A DNA stretch of 53,139 bases. Source: a virus. Its lineage: Duplodnaviria; Caudoviricetes. The DNA lies in the IMG/VR virus record IMGVR_UViG_3300027779_000039, positions 1 to 53,139 of that record, one strand, 5' to 3'. The position numbers and the translations under genes are program-made. Under the pieces are notes generated by a model. The model made no database searches. It saw only the letters and a program-made list of their open reading frames with translations, and was not told the origin of the DNA. Shown here piece after piece: positions 1-10,815 of the stretch (the stretch's first letter is position 1; every line of letters starts with the position of its first letter).

Positions 1-29
1 TTAGTTCCGTTTCTTACTATTGTTTGCAT
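1..29 (-). CDS. 5' end of a gene running off the window (MQTIVRNGT...), directly downstream of the tail fibre
   Basis: Minus strand reads AGGAGAAAACA-ATG; frame open to the window edge. Confidence 0.6.
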
Positions 30-48
30 TGTTTTCTCCTTTATGCTT

Positions 49-3000
49 TTAAGCCTTAATTAATATTTTATTTGCAGATAAGGCTTTACCTGCTACGACA
101 CTAGGATCAGAAGCAGTTGATGATATCGTACCATCTGTACTTATATAAACATCACTGCCTGCTGTTAATCCTGTATATCCTGATTGTTCTCCGCCCATAA
201 CAACTATTTCTGCTTGCTCATCATCAGCTACTGTTTTAGTTGCTATACCTACAAAATCTTCACTATTTGGGCTTGTAGCTTTAAGTGGATATATGTCATT
301 ATCTCCATCATCTGAGCCATATGTGTGAGCCATGTACCTACCAAGATCAGGGTTGTATGCTAAACTACCCTTTCCTCCTGTTGCCCTACCATCTTCTAAG
401 ATTTTTGCGGTTGCAAAAGTTATGTCAGTTCCTGATATAGTACCTCTTTTTAATGTTTCAAGATTGCTATTAGCAGTATCAGAGTACATAAGTGTTATAA
501 CATTATTACCTTCTGGTACTAGAGTAGCGGCAGAAGAAGGCATTTTACCACCAACGTCTACAAAAGTACCTAAAGAAACATCTGTGCCTGATATAGTGGC
601 TACATTTGCTCTAATAGTATTATCAAAACCTGTTCCTTGAGGCTCTGAATACACCAATAAATGTTTACCACTACTTGAATCAAATGCTAATCTAGGATTT
701 GAAAAAGTATCATTGTTTGCAACATTGCCTGAAATATAAACAGGAGTTCCATAACTTATAGTATTACCAGAAAGAGAACCTACTACAACACGCACACCTG
801 GATTAGTGCTTCCTGCTCTCTGCCATGCTAATAAAAATTTACCCTGTGTAGCATCATAAGATACACTACTTGTACTGATTGATGAAGTATCATCTACAGT
901 TACCTCATCTTGAAAAGCAACTGATTTATTTCCTGCTGTTATAACACCTAGCCTAGAAGCAACAAATAGATTACCGCCACTGTCTTTAAATAAAACTAAA
1001 GCTCTACCACCACCTGCCGCAACAGACGTAACATCTCCAAGATTATCTGATGCAAACACTACGGCTGTGCCTTTAGAATATGTTGTACCACTTATAGCAC
1101 CTATTACCATAGTTCCGTAGTTACTGTTAGCTTTGTCTCTATATATAGTAACAATCATTCCTGTAGAAGCATCATAAGCAGACCTAACAGAATCTCCATT
1201 TGCAGCAATTTCTACTGGATTAGTAACAGTTAAAGAACCATCTGAGGCTTGCGTAAATACATAAGCAGAAAGTTTAGGAGAATCAAGACCATTATTAACA
1301 GTACCTGCGCCTGGAATTGACATAAAATATTTATCTGAGGAAGTATCGTAAAGTAAAGTAGAAATACCTGCCATACCATTATGGTTTAAATCAGTTTTAG
1401 TTCCTACAACCCATTCTACATTACCTGTAGCAGATATTGCTTCTGCATCTCCAGAACTATTTATTATAACTCCTTTACCTACAGTAATTGCACCATTTGC
1501 AGTAGCATGTATGTAGTTATCTTGTTCTTTAGTTAATAGTATTTCAGTAGCTGAGATAGCTTTTCCTAAATAGTGTTCTCCTGTAGCATTGCCTGTTTTA
1601 CCTACAGCACCTGCACCATTTGTATAATAATGATCTTCTATAGTAAGAGAACTATGCCCTTCAGATAAACCACCAGGTATAACTATTTTACCTGTAGCAC
1701 CATCTGATATAGCTGCCGCAGATACTCCTAGATAGTTTCCGTTGTCTAGGCTTGTGGTTGCTGAGGATGTCGTACCAAAAAAAGTAGTAGTGTAAGCTAT
1801 TTTATTACTGTCTCCTGCATCTCCTATAGAAAATAAAACACCCTTACCTGCTGCTCCTGAACCTGAACCTGTATTCATACGATTATCTGAAGAACTAATT
1901 ACTGCTCCGTTTGCTACACTAAAGGAAGAGGCACTAGGAGTTATAATTTTATAAGTTGTATAATCTGAGTTGTCATCATCTCTATAAAGAAAAATAATTT
2001 TATTTGTATCTTCATCAAAAGCTACTTCAAAGTAATTACCGCCAGAATCATTACAATCCCATATATCAGCCTCACCTGCAAAAGTAACAGCATTAGTTCC
2101 AGAATTAATAGAAGCAATAACACCTCTTACTGTTCCTCCTCCATCTCGGAAAGCTAAAAATGTTTTGTTATTTTCAGTATCATAACAACCTGAAACATAA
2201 TTTACATTATCATTACCATTCCATTTTGTTCCTGTACCTGCTGCAATAGTTGGTGAACCTGCTGTGCCACTTGCTTGAAGTACCCAAGCATAACCATCAT
2301 CACCTTGTGCTCCATTAAATGTTGCATACATTGCTCTATCTGTATCAGGGTCATATATTAAACTACCTTTTGACGCATGAGCATTTGTAGCTTCTAATTG
2401 TAATTCACTACTTATTGTATTAACACTACCATTAGCATTAATAGAAGCCGACCTTGCATAAGTTTTAGAACCACTATTATCTCGTGAATAAACCATAAAT
2501 ACTTGGTCTTGTGTAGGTGAGTATTCTATTTTTAAACCTGCACCACTAGTTGCAGATCCTTGTATAGCACCATTGGCTGTTTGAGTAAATGAAGTACCTG
2601 ATATAGTGCCTACATACATATATATATCACCACTACTTGAAAGCCTATAAAGTACATAAACCCTTCCATCACCTGAAGTTATAACAGGGTATGAGTCAAT
2701 AGAATTTCCAGAAATAGCAACAGGAGTTCCCCAAGTAACAGTACCATTAGACCATGTACCTGCTACTATTGAGGGATAATTTGAATTACTTGTGTCTGAA
2801 AATACAACAACATAAGTACCAGAAGTAGCTTCATAAGTACTTTGAGTCCACGCATTTCGAGCTCTATCTCCACCAGTACCATCTATATCTGTTACAGCTT
2901 TTGCAGTTGGACTTGTGTTTGTTGAGCTTGTAGTAGTTTCTGCAACTTGTTGTGCTTTACCTGCAGAAGTAAGTACAACTGGTTTTCTAATAGCTATCGC

Positions 3001-5787
3001 ACCATCTGCGACTCTATCTACAGTTCCGCCACCTGCTTGATCTACCCAATCTAGGGCTAAAGAACCATCAGTTTTAAGAACTTGATCTGCACTACCGTCT
3101 GCATTAGGAAGTATAAATACTTTATTTGCTGCTACAGAATCAGGTGCTTTAAATCCTACATAATGTGCTCCGTTAGCCGCTAACTCTTGGAATCTTAATT
3201 CTGTACCATTTCCTGCACTTGTGCCGTGAGGTGCTAAACTAAGACCTGTTGCAGCTACAACTGCTGTAGTGTCATTACCATCTTCATCATACTCTATGGT
3301 AAAGTTTTGATCTGAGCCTAAAGCTATCTTTTTATCGTCTGCAATATATAAATTACCCCACTCAAGAGAAGTAGTACCTAAATCTGCACCGCCTGAAGCG
3401 TCTGGCACAACAGAAGTTTCTGCTGTAAATATATTTGTTCTAATTCCTGAAGTACCATTATCAATAGCACCAAAACCTGCAGCAATAGAACCTCCGCCTA
3501 AAGCACCTGTAGAAGTAATATTAGTCTGTGCTGCAGTTTGTAATGTACCTGTAATGTTACCAAATATTGCATTGCCTACAGTACCGCTAAATACTTCGGA
3601 AGAATTTGTTGCATCTGGTACAAATGTAAATGCACCTGCAGAATCATCATAACCAAAGAAACCTACTTTAGCTGCACTACCTGTGTGCCATTTAAACTCA
3701 ATGCCTCTGTCTTTATTGTCATCATTAGAAGCATTTCCATCTCCACCTAAAGTAAAAATAGGATCATCAACAGTTACTGTAGTAGAGTTCACAGTTGTTG
3801 TAGTTCCGTTTACAGTAAGATCACCACCTACCGTTAAAGCACCCGTAGTAGTAACAGTGTCTATAAAAGCGTCTTTCCATCTAACACCTGTCGTACCCAA
3901 ATCTACATCGCTATCTGTTTCTGGACCGAATATACCATCAGCTACATATACTTGTTCTGCATTGTTTGCATATAAATGTATTTCGTTTACTGTTTCAAAA
4001 TCAATTTTAGTTTCGTTATCTTCACCAATTTTAATATCTGTTGCAAGTAGAGATGTAACGGTTGTTTGAGCAGCGTTTATTGCTAAGTCTATAGTGTTGT
4101 CTGCTGCTTGATAAGTAGCAGTAATACCTGTTTCGGTGTTTCCTGAAAATAAAGCACCTGCAGTATCTTCTATGGTTACCGCAAGAGTTGTACCATTAAT
4201 AGTAATAGCGTCAGCTTCTAAAGTACCGTGTATAAATGCGTCTTTAAATTGCAGACTACTACTACCTAAATCAATATCAGCATCTGTTACAGGTAAAAGA
4301 GCACCATCTATTAACTTAATTTGGTCTGCTGCACCTGCCCTAAATAAAATAGTATTATCCGTTGCAAAATCTATATCGTTGTCAGAATCTCTACCTACTA
4401 CTAAACTAGTATTTAGTACAGAAGTAATAGCAGTTTGTGCTCCTGATGCTCCTGAATCAGCAGCCCACGATATAGTACCTGAACCATTTGTTTTTAATAT
4501 TTGATTAGCTGTACCGTCTGTTCCTGGTAAAGTTACAGAAGTAGTACCAAAACCTATTGCATCAATGTATGCTGTGCCATCTACATATATATTTTTAATT
4601 TCTTTTGTTGCTGTACCAATGTCTACAGTATCATCTGTTATAGGCTCTAGTATGCCTGCACTTGTTATTTTTAAATATTCTGTTAGTGTGCCATTTAAAG
4701 ATGTAGAGAATACCATAGAAGAATCTTGTGAAGCTCCCGTAGATGTAAAGGAAGCCTCTTTTTTAACTGCTATTTTAGCAGCATCAACTGTGTTTCCGCC
4801 TGTGTCTTCTAAATCAAATCTAAGAGAAGCTATACCTGTTGTGTCTGCAGCGTCACTTTCGTTTCTAATAACCAGACCTACAAACTCTCCGTCAGTATCT
4901 TGTGTAGATAATATTGATGCACTACCTACAGGTTTAAATTTAATGTCTTCCCCAGAACTACCAGTAAAATGATAACCGTTTACATTTATAATACCACCAA
5001 GCTGTGTTAAGTTAGAAGCATTAGTTATAGCGTCATCTACATATACTTTTCTTGCAGCATCGCCATCTGCACTAGGAGCAGCAAGACCTGTAATAGAATT
5101 ACTACCCATAGCTAAGTTACCACTCATAGTAGTGCCTGCAAGGGTATCTATATTAGCTGTACCGTTAATATGAATGTCTTTAAATTGTAAACTTGATGTA
5201 CCTAAATCTACATCGTTGTCTGTGACAGGTTTAATAACGCCATCAGCAAAAGTAACTTGAGCAGTACCTCCTGCAGTAAATGACATTTCATCTGTGCCTG
5301 AGAAGTATAGACCTTGATTTGTATCACCTGTATTTGTAATTACTGGAGCACTTGCAGTGCCGTCAGGTAAAGAAAGTACACCTGCAGATAAAGAAGCACC
5401 TACATGTATTTCAAGAGTATCTACGTATGCAGTGCCATCTATATGTATATCTTTAAATTGTAAAGAACTTGTACCAAGATCAATGTCATTACTAGTTACT
5501 GGAACTATTGCACCGTCTTGTATACGTAGTTGTTCTACAGCAGAAGAAGATACTTGAACAAAGAATCCGTGTCTGTTATTAGATGTGTCAACTACTACTT
5601 TATTTAAAGCATCAACATCTGCTAAAATACCTACATATGAACCTTCAGTAGAAGAACCGTCATGGTTGTGACCTCCACTAAACGCAAATGCCGCTAATAC
5701 TGCATCAAACTCACTGTTGAGTGGGGCTGCTGTAATTGTTTCCCCATCTGCAATACTACTAGAACTCTGTCTCGCATAACCTGCCAT
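49..5787 (-). CDS. Long tail fibre / receptor-binding protein (1912 aa)
   Basis: G/S/T/A-rich; six PxTDxDxDLGTxSLxxKDxxIxG shaft repeats; two related C-terminal beta-rich modules; follows tail genes. Confidence 0.85.
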   Translation of the reverse strand: MAGYARQSSSSIADGETITAAPLNSEFDAVLAAFAFSGGHNHDGSSTEGSYVGILADVDALNKVVVDTSNNRHGFFVQVSSSAVEQLRIQDGAIVPVTSNDIDLGTSSLQFKDIHIDGTAYVDTLEIHVGASLSAGVLSLPDGTASAPVITNTGDTNQGLYFSGTDEMSFTAGGTAQVTFADGVIKPVTDNDVDLGTSSLQFKDIHINGTANIDTLAGTTMSGNLAMGSNSITGLAAPSADGDAARKVYVDDAITNASNLTQLGGIINVNGYHFTGSSGEDIKFKPVGSASILSTQDTDGEFVGLVIRNESDAADTTGIASLRFDLEDTGGNTVDAAKIAVKKEASFTSTGASQDSSMVFSTSLNGTLTEYLKITSAGILEPITDDTVDIGTATKEIKNIYVDGTAYIDAIGFGTTSVTLPGTDGTANQILKTNGSGTISWAADSGASGAQTAITSVLNTSLVVGRDSDNDIDFATDNTILFRAGAADQIKLIDGALLPVTDADIDLGSSSLQFKDAFIHGTLEADAITINGTTLAVTIEDTAGALFSGNTETGITATYQAADNTIDLAINAAQTTVTSLLATDIKIGEDNETKIDFETVNEIHLYANNAEQVYVADGIFGPETDSDVDLGTTGVRWKDAFIDTVTTTGALTVGGDLTVNGTTTTVNSTTVTVDDPIFTLGGDGNASNDDNKDRGIEFKWHTGSAAKVGFFGYDDSAGAFTFVPDATNSSEVFSGTVGNAIFGNITGTLQTAAQTNITSTGALGGGSIAAGFGAIDNGTSGIRTNIFTAETSVVPDASGGADLGTTSLEWGNLYIADDKKIALGSDQNFTIEYDEDGNDTTAVVAATGLSLAPHGTSAGNGTELRFQELAANGAHYVGFKAPDSVAANKVFILPNADGSADQVLKTDGSLALDWVDQAGGGTVDRVADGAIAIRKPVVLTSAGKAQQVAETTTSSTNTSPTAKAVTDIDGTGGDRARNAWTQSTYEATSGTYVVVFSDTSNSNYPSIVAGTWSNGTVTWGTPVAISGNSIDSYPVITSGDGRVYVLYRLSSSGDIYMYVGTISGTSFTQTANGAIQGSATSGAGLKIEYSPTQDQVFMVYSRDNSGSKTYARSASINANGSVNTISSELQLEATNAHASKGSLIYDPDTDRAMYATFNGAQGDDGYAWVLQASGTAGSPTIAAGTGTKWNGNDNVNYVSGCYDTENNKTFLAFRDGGGTVRGVIASINSGTNAVTFAGEADIWDCNDSGGNYFEVAFDEDTNKIIFLYRDDDNSDYTTYKIITPSASSFSVANGAVISSSDNRMNTGSGSGAAGKGVLFSIGDAGDSNKIAYTTTFFGTTSSATTSLDNGNYLGVSAAAISDGATGKIVIPGGLSEGHSSLTIEDHYYTNGAGAVGKTGNATGEHYLGKAISATEILLTKEQDNYIHATANGAITVGKGVIINSSGDAEAISATGNVEWVVGTKTDLNHNGMAGISTLLYDTSSDKYFMSIPGAGTVNNGLDSPKLSAYVFTQASDGSLTVTNPVEIAANGDSVRSAYDASTGMIVTIYRDKANSNYGTMVIGAISGTTYSKGTAVVFASDNLGDVTSVAAGGGRALVLFKDSGGNLFVASRLGVITAGNKSVAFQDEVTVDDTSSISTSSVSYDATQGKFLLAWQRAGSTNPGVRVVVGSLSGNTISYGTPVYISGNVANNDTFSNPRLAFDSSSGKHLLVYSEPQGTGFDNTIRANVATISGTDVSLGTFVDVGGKMPSSAATLVPEGNNVITLMYSDTANSNLETLKRGTISGTDITFATAKILEDGRATGGKGSLAYNPDLGRYMAHTYGSDDGDNDIYPLKATSPNSEDFVGIATKTVADDEQAEIVVMGGEQSGYTGLTAGSDVYISTDGTISSTASDPSVVAGKALSANKILIKA

Positions 5788-7352
5788 TATCTTAACCCTG
5801 CCTCCTGATACTGAATTGCAAAACCAAATATACTATAAGGATTTGCACTGCTTACTGTTACAAAACGTAACAACATAGAATTTCCTGAACCTTGTATTCC
5901 TTGTTTAATAACTGCTTTAGTTGCACCACCATATACAAAACCTGCTGTGTCATACTCTGTTGCGGTGTCTCTATATTCTGCTTTAGCTCCTTCAGATGCT
6001 ATAGTGTAGTCTGTTGGACTAAATACATCTGCATCATCCCAGTCATAATCTGCAGTAACTAAAAAATTATTATCCCCTTCAGGTCTAGTAAATATACTTA
6101 CTTTACTAAACAGTTTTCTTAATTGAGGATTACCAAAATCTAAAAAAGGTGTTTTGTAAGAAGCAAATACATTAGTTCCTCCAAATGTTCCACCTTTTTC
6201 TTGTCTATACACTTTGCCATCATAGTCTCCGTGTAAAACAAATTCATCATCCCCTATAAAACCACTAGTTGCACAAGAAGCTCTAAAACCTCTTATGTCT
6301 CCAAATTCCCACCCTGACCTTTGGTCTGATGTTCTTAATGATCCTATAAATCCTGCTGTGCTTGTTGCACTTAAATTTGATTTGCCAAACATATATCTAA
6401 ACTGTGATTTTTCTTTTATTACTACGCTAGTTAATTGGTCGTATGTAAAATCAATATCTATTAATTGTAAAGCATTTTGTATTGGTTTGGATATTGTAGC
6501 TAACTCAACGTCACCTATTTTTTCTGTAGATTGTAATGTTCTTATACCATCAGGTCCTAAAAACAATACGTCTCCACCAATTTCTATTATGCTATCACTT
6601 GCTAGACACCCTACACTACTTGATACTTCTGCTAAACTAAAATTAGCTGTTGAACTACCTGTTAATTTTTTTATGTCAGTTTTACCAAAGATATAAAGAG
6701 CATCTCTAAATCTCTTTACTCCCATAATGTCAAAACCTACATTAATAACTCCTGCTCCACTAGCAGCCGTAAAATCATTGTCACTATTAGGTGCAGTAAA
6801 TACTAATAATTGAGTAGCTTGACTCATTCCTGCAAAAAACAAATGACTTCTATAGGTTTCTGCAAATTTAGCATTATCTACATCAGACGATCCGTTTAGT
6901 TTTGTCCATGTAGTACTTACTAATCTCATAGGAAAATTAATACCGTCTGTTAGTATTAATGTTTTATTTCCTGTAAAGGAATGGTTTAACGTTCTTACTT
7001 TTCCTATACTAGTAGCAACCTGCCCTGCTGTCAAGCTAGTTGATGCCCAACCTGACCCAGAAACATATTTTAATACATCGTAATCATTTCCTGATGCTTT
7101 CTGTCTAGCTGCATATATAGATTCATCGTATATTGCTAGTCCTAATATTTTTCCTGTTCCTGCAGGAGTATGGTACGTAGAGTCTAAAGATTCATATCCA
7201 CTTACTCTTCTGTAACCACCAAATTGACCTACTTCAAAATTAACTAGTGCTGTAGCAGCTCCTGGTAAATTGTCACTAAGAGCTAAATAGTTTTCGTTAG
7301 TGTACAAACCTCCGCCAGATAATATTTTTGCTACCTGTAACCTATCAGTCAT
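5787..7352 (-). CDS. Tail nozzle / tubular protein B-like (head closure, DNA stabilisation) protein
   Basis: 521 aa, beta-propeller-like composition, between adaptor and tail fibre as in P22/T7-like podoviruses. Confidence 0.7.
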   Translation of the reverse strand: MTDRLQVAKILSGGGLYTNENYLALSDNLPGAATALVNFEVGQFGGYRRVSGYESLDSTYHTPAGTGKILGLAIYDESIYAARQKASGNDYDVLKYVSGSGWASTSLTAGQVATSIGKVRTLNHSFTGNKTLILTDGINFPMRLVSTTWTKLNGSSDVDNAKFAETYRSHLFFAGMSQATQLLVFTAPNSDNDFTAASGAGVINVGFDIMGVKRFRDALYIFGKTDIKKLTGSSTANFSLAEVSSSVGCLASDSIIEIGGDVLFLGPDGIRTLQSTEKIGDVELATISKPIQNALQLIDIDFTYDQLTSVVIKEKSQFRYMFGKSNLSATSTAGFIGSLRTSDQRSGWEFGDIRGFRASCATSGFIGDDEFVLHGDYDGKVYRQEKGGTFGGTNVFASYKTPFLDFGNPQLRKLFSKVSIFTRPEGDNNFLVTADYDWDDADVFSPTDYTIASEGAKAEYRDTATEYDTAGFVYGGATKAVIKQGIQGSGNSMLLRFVTVSSANPYSIFGFAIQYQEAGLR

Positions 7353-8046
7353 TGATTATGTCACTAACTCTAGTATCACGCATTCTAATATATCTATTTA
7401 TTAAGGTAGAACGCATGTAATCTATTCCTTCTTCAAAAGCTCTAGCAGACCTATCTGCTTGCTCTATGTTATCTCTCATCATGTACAAATGATACAACGC
7501 ACCATCTATTAAAGTATTTTTATACTGAGAAGGTACTTCAGGAACAGAGTCTGATGTTTCTAGTTCCGTAGGTGATTTGTAATATGTGTACTTTAATGCA
7601 TACGCTTTATCAGGAGTAGGGCTAACTCCTAATTTGTAATCAGGGGTTAAATAAACATATATAGGAGTATCATAATCTCCTGAATTTCTTTGTTCATCTC
7701 TTGCTTTATGCTTATCTATGTATTCGTCATAAGTTAAAGGTATTAACCTTCTTTCTTCTACGTTAAGTGTGTCATTTCTATCTATAAGTACAGTATCTAT
7801 ATCAACGCTCATAAAGCCTGTAGTTACTGCGTATTCGTTTGTCCCTGCTGTAAGAGTCTGACTAGTAGAACCGTATGCAAAGCTCCACTCTCTATCTCTT
7901 GTAAATATATCTCTTTGTGAACTGTTTATAGCGTCTTTCACTAACGCTTGTACACCTTTAGCTGCACTAAAATTTGAAGCAGTCATTTCTACTTCATTAA
8001 TACGTCTTAATGTTTCGTTTGTTACTGTAAAAAATGTATATGCCAT
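7345..8046 (-). CDS. Head-tail adaptor / tail tubular protein A-like
   Basis: 233 aa; N-terminal NETLRRINE, W-S-F motif, PTPDKAYxLKYxYY typical of podovirus adaptors; synteny. Confidence 0.7.
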   Translation of the reverse strand: MAYTFFTVTNETLRRINEVEMTASNFSAAKGVQALVKDAINSSQRDIFTRDREWSFAYGSTSQTLTAGTNEYAVTTGFMSVDIDTVLIDRNDTLNVEERRLIPLTYDEYIDKHKARDEQRNSGDYDTPIYVYLTPDYKLGVSPTPDKAYALKYTYYKSPTELETSDSVPEVPSQYKNTLIDGALYHLYMMRDNIEQADRSARAFEEGIDYMRSTLINRYIRMRDTRVSDIIND

Positions 8047-8056
8047 ATATTAAATG

Positions 8057-8087
8057 TAGGAGAGGCAAGAAATACTCACCCCTCCTA
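8057..8087 (-). terminator. Hairpin after the capsid/decoration genes (weak terminator or processing site)
   Basis: TAGGAGGGGTGAG-loop-CTTGCCTCTCCTA on the minus strand; short U tail. Confidence 0.5.
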
Positions 8088-8101
8088 ATCCTAAACTAAA
8101 T

Positions 8102-8632
8102 CTATACTAAGTCTCTAGCTGCGACAGTTCTACCTGCTTGTTGGGTAGAAATATCGGCTATGACTGCATAAACTCTAAGCACACCACTAACCATAGCAGT
8201 GTCTGTTGCCGCAACTTTTACGTCAATAGTATCTGCTGCAGTAAGTAGAGCAGTAAATGTATTAGCTGCTGCTGTATTTATTATATTGCCTTGTCCGTTA
8301 GAACCTATAGCAGGATAACCTAACGTAGCCAAATCGGCTGCGTCAAGAATATCGTCTCCTGCTGCAAAATCTATGTCTGCTGTAGGTGTACCACCAGTAA
8401 AAGCGGTAGTTACTTCTGCACCTGCAGTAAGAACAATAGTTTCTGCAGGGACTTCAAGTACTTGAAAAATGTCGCCACTAGCTACATTGGCAAATAAGCC
8501 ATCTGCTACTAGTTTAGCTACATCTAATTCTTTTTCAATTACATAAATTCCCCTTCGGTTACTTGGAAAGTCTGTTGTTGAGCTCGCACTAACGCCTGTA
8601 GTGGAACTAGCTGTTAAATCAAAAGTCGCCAT
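8102..8632 (-). CDS. Virion structural protein, probable capsid decoration/cement protein
   Basis: 176 aa, A/T/D-rich beta protein immediately after the major capsid gene. Confidence 0.6.
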   Translation of the reverse strand: MATFDLTASSTTGVSASSTTDFPSNRRGIYVIEKELDVAKLVADGLFANVASGDIFQVLEVPAETIVLTAGAEVTTAFTGGTPTADIDFAAGDDILDAADLATLGYPAIGSNGQGNIINTAAANTFTALLTAADTIDVKVAATDTAMVSGVLRVYAVIADISTQQAGRTVAARDLV

Positions 8633-8644
8633 GTTTTATCTCCC

Positions 8645-9718
8645 TTACGCTGCGTTATAAACGGCAGTTACAATGCCTTCAGGTCTAAGTATTTTCCTTC
8701 CGTACATCTGCATTCCTCTGACGATGTCAGCGAATGAATCAGGGTCACGGTAAGATTCTACTTTATTGATCTGAGACGCAGTAGCTACTGCTGAACTATG
8801 TCCTGCAACAATAATACCATAGTTAGTAAGCTGATTGCTTGAACCAGAAGTTCCTGGACCAGTGCCAACTGAAGGTAGATTTGCTGAGACATATACGTCA
8901 AAACCATAAATGCTTCCGACTGAAAGACCACTTGTGAGTCCACCTTTTTTTGCGGTGTCATCATTTAATAGTCTAGAGTCTTCGTCTGATAATAGTTCAA
9001 CGAATACTGGGTCGACAACTAAGAACCTGCCTGCTGAATCTACTTGTTGTTGATTCAATAGTCTAGCCATTCTAGAGATTACCTGAAGAGGTGACGCAGT
9101 ACCTGTAGGTAGTGCAGTCGCTCCTGGCATTCTTGGTACTAGAGGGATAGAATGTGTTCCTGCAGAACTAGTAGTGATATTACCGAATGAACCCTTAATG
9201 AGTTGCATTGAAGATAATAATTCATCACTGCCTGCTGTGTCGACAGCTTTAGTTCCTGATACTACGTCATTTGCAGTATCCGCAACTGTATTTAAAGCTG
9301 ATTGTTTGTAACCAGATAGATAGCCAAGAACTTCTTGATCGTACTGATCACGAAGTCTATAACCTGCTCTGTCTGATGCCATACTTTCAAAATTTACATG
9401 AGAGTGAGCTTCCTCAATATCATCCATTTTAAAAGCGAAGTAGTTTGCCTGATCTACAATTAAGCTAAAATCCTCATCGTCTAAGTCTTGTGGTGTGACT
9501 GTAGTACCACGAGAGTAAGCTTTAACTGTTATTTCGGGCTCTTTAATGATACGCACTGTATCACCAAAGTTTGCAATTTCTCCAAAGTAGTCATTATTAG
9601 TAATTGATTCAGCAACTGAACTCTTACGAAAAGCTTGTTGAACCTTTTGACTATAAATAACTGGAGAGAAATTACCATTAGGTAGGTTTGAATAACCTGA
9701 CGCTACTTTAAAAGCCAT
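8645..9718 (-). CDS. Major capsid protein (HK97 fold, P22-like)
   Basis: 357 aa; NFSPVIYS, NNDYFGEI..GDTVRI, FADIVRGMxxYGRKILRPE motifs; strong AAGGAG RBS; follows scaffold. Confidence 0.9.
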   Translation of the reverse strand: MAFKVASGYSNLPNGNFSPVIYSQKVQQAFRKSSVAESITNNDYFGEIANFGDTVRIIKEPEITVKAYSRGTTVTPQDLDDEDFSLIVDQANYFAFKMDDIEEAHSHVNFESMASDRAGYRLRDQYDQEVLGYLSGYKQSALNTVADTANDVVSGTKAVDTAGSDELLSSMQLIKGSFGNITTSSAGTHSIPLVPRMPGATALPTGTASPLQVISRMARLLNQQQVDSAGRFLVVDPVFVELLSDEDSRLLNDDTAKKGGLTSGLSVGSIYGFDVYVSANLPSVGTGPGTSGSSNQLTNYGIIVAGHSSAVATASQINKVESYRDPDSFADIVRGMQMYGRKILRPEGIVTAVYNAA

Positions 9719-9930
9719 CTGTTTCTCCTTTTAATTGTTAGAGGCTAACAAACGATAATTCCACTTGATAAGAGCCGATGCTGAAAATGGGTAGCTATAA
9801 ATAGGACCATAACATCAGGTAGCCTGAGTAGGATTTCATTTGAATGTGGTAGAGTAGAGAATAAAAATATTCTGGTCTACACGAATGTGTATTTGTCTAT
9901 ACATACACAAAAATATTAATTTGTCAAGCA
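9719..9930 (-). promoter_or_regulatory. Capsid gene promoter (TTGACA at 9922-9927) and long structured 5' leader
   Basis: Minus-strand TTGACA followed by AT-rich spacer and imperfect -10; about 180 nt non-coding with hairpins. Confidence 0.55.
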
Positions 9931-9939
9931 GTTAAGGTA

Positions 9940-10815
9940 TTAAGCTCTAGCTGCTCCACTTACATCGTATATAAATTTACCTGAACGAATTGCTTTACTA
10001 ATAGTATCTTCGTTAGCTGAGTATTCTTGAGAAGTCATTTTTGCTACTTCTGATTCTAATATGCTATCTGAACTAGATGCACCATTATCAGGAGAAGAAG
10101 AACTTCTAAGGTTTACTGCTCTTGCAGCATCTTTTTTAGATGGTTTCTTTTTGGTTGTTTTTAATCCCATATCAGCTTTGTACAAATCTATTGCACGAGA
10201 AGCGGCACGAGGATCGTCTTCGTTTTCATAAAGAGCTTTTTGAATGTAATCAGGCTGTTCTTCTGCCCATTCATGGAACTGGGGATTATCTCTAATTTCT
10301 GTAAAATCAGGATGTATTTGTAAAAGTTCCATTTCAGCACGTTCTCTTGTAGTCATTCTTTCTCTTTCTGATAACGAGTTTAATCTTTCTTCAATGTCTT
10401 TGTTTTGTTCTACTGCTTTTTTCATTGCAATAGTTTCTACAATTTTAGCAACATCAGGATACTCAGAAGCCCATGCATCAATTTCTTCATCTGATTTAGG
10501 TAGTTTCATTTCTTTTTTAGTAGCTGACGTTAATTGTTTTTTTAAGTCTGATAATTCTTTATCTTTAGCTTCTGTAGTTTTTTGCATGTGTCTACGCAAA
10601 TCACCATAACGTTTTTTAAATGATTCGTCTTCAGGTCCACTAGAAGGTTGTTCTAATCCTTCTGAGTCTTCAGATTGACTATTTCTTAATTTTATCTCTT
10701 CTTCAGCAGCCAGATCTTGCATAGTAGGCTCTGCTCTTTGGTATCTTATAGGCTTTTGCATTATAGTATCGCCTGTGTCTTCATCTCTTTTTATTACTGT
10801 TTCTTCGTTTGACAT
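9940..10815 (-). CDS. Capsid scaffolding protein
   Basis: 291 aa acidic, coiled-coil; FKKRYGDLRRH and HPDF motifs; directly upstream of MCP. Confidence 0.8.
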   Translation of the reverse strand: MSNEETVIKRDEDTGDTIMQKPIRYQRAEPTMQDLAAEEEIKLRNSQSEDSEGLEQPSSGPEDESFKKRYGDLRRHMQKTTEAKDKELSDLKKQLTSATKKEMKLPKSDEEIDAWASEYPDVAKIVETIAMKKAVEQNKDIEERLNSLSERERMTTRERAEMELLQIHPDFTEIRDNPQFHEWAEEQPDYIQKALYENEDDPRAASRAIDLYKADMGLKTTKKKPSKKDAARAVNLRSSSSPDNGASSSDSILESEVAKMTSQEYSANEDTISKAIRSGKFIYDVSGAARA

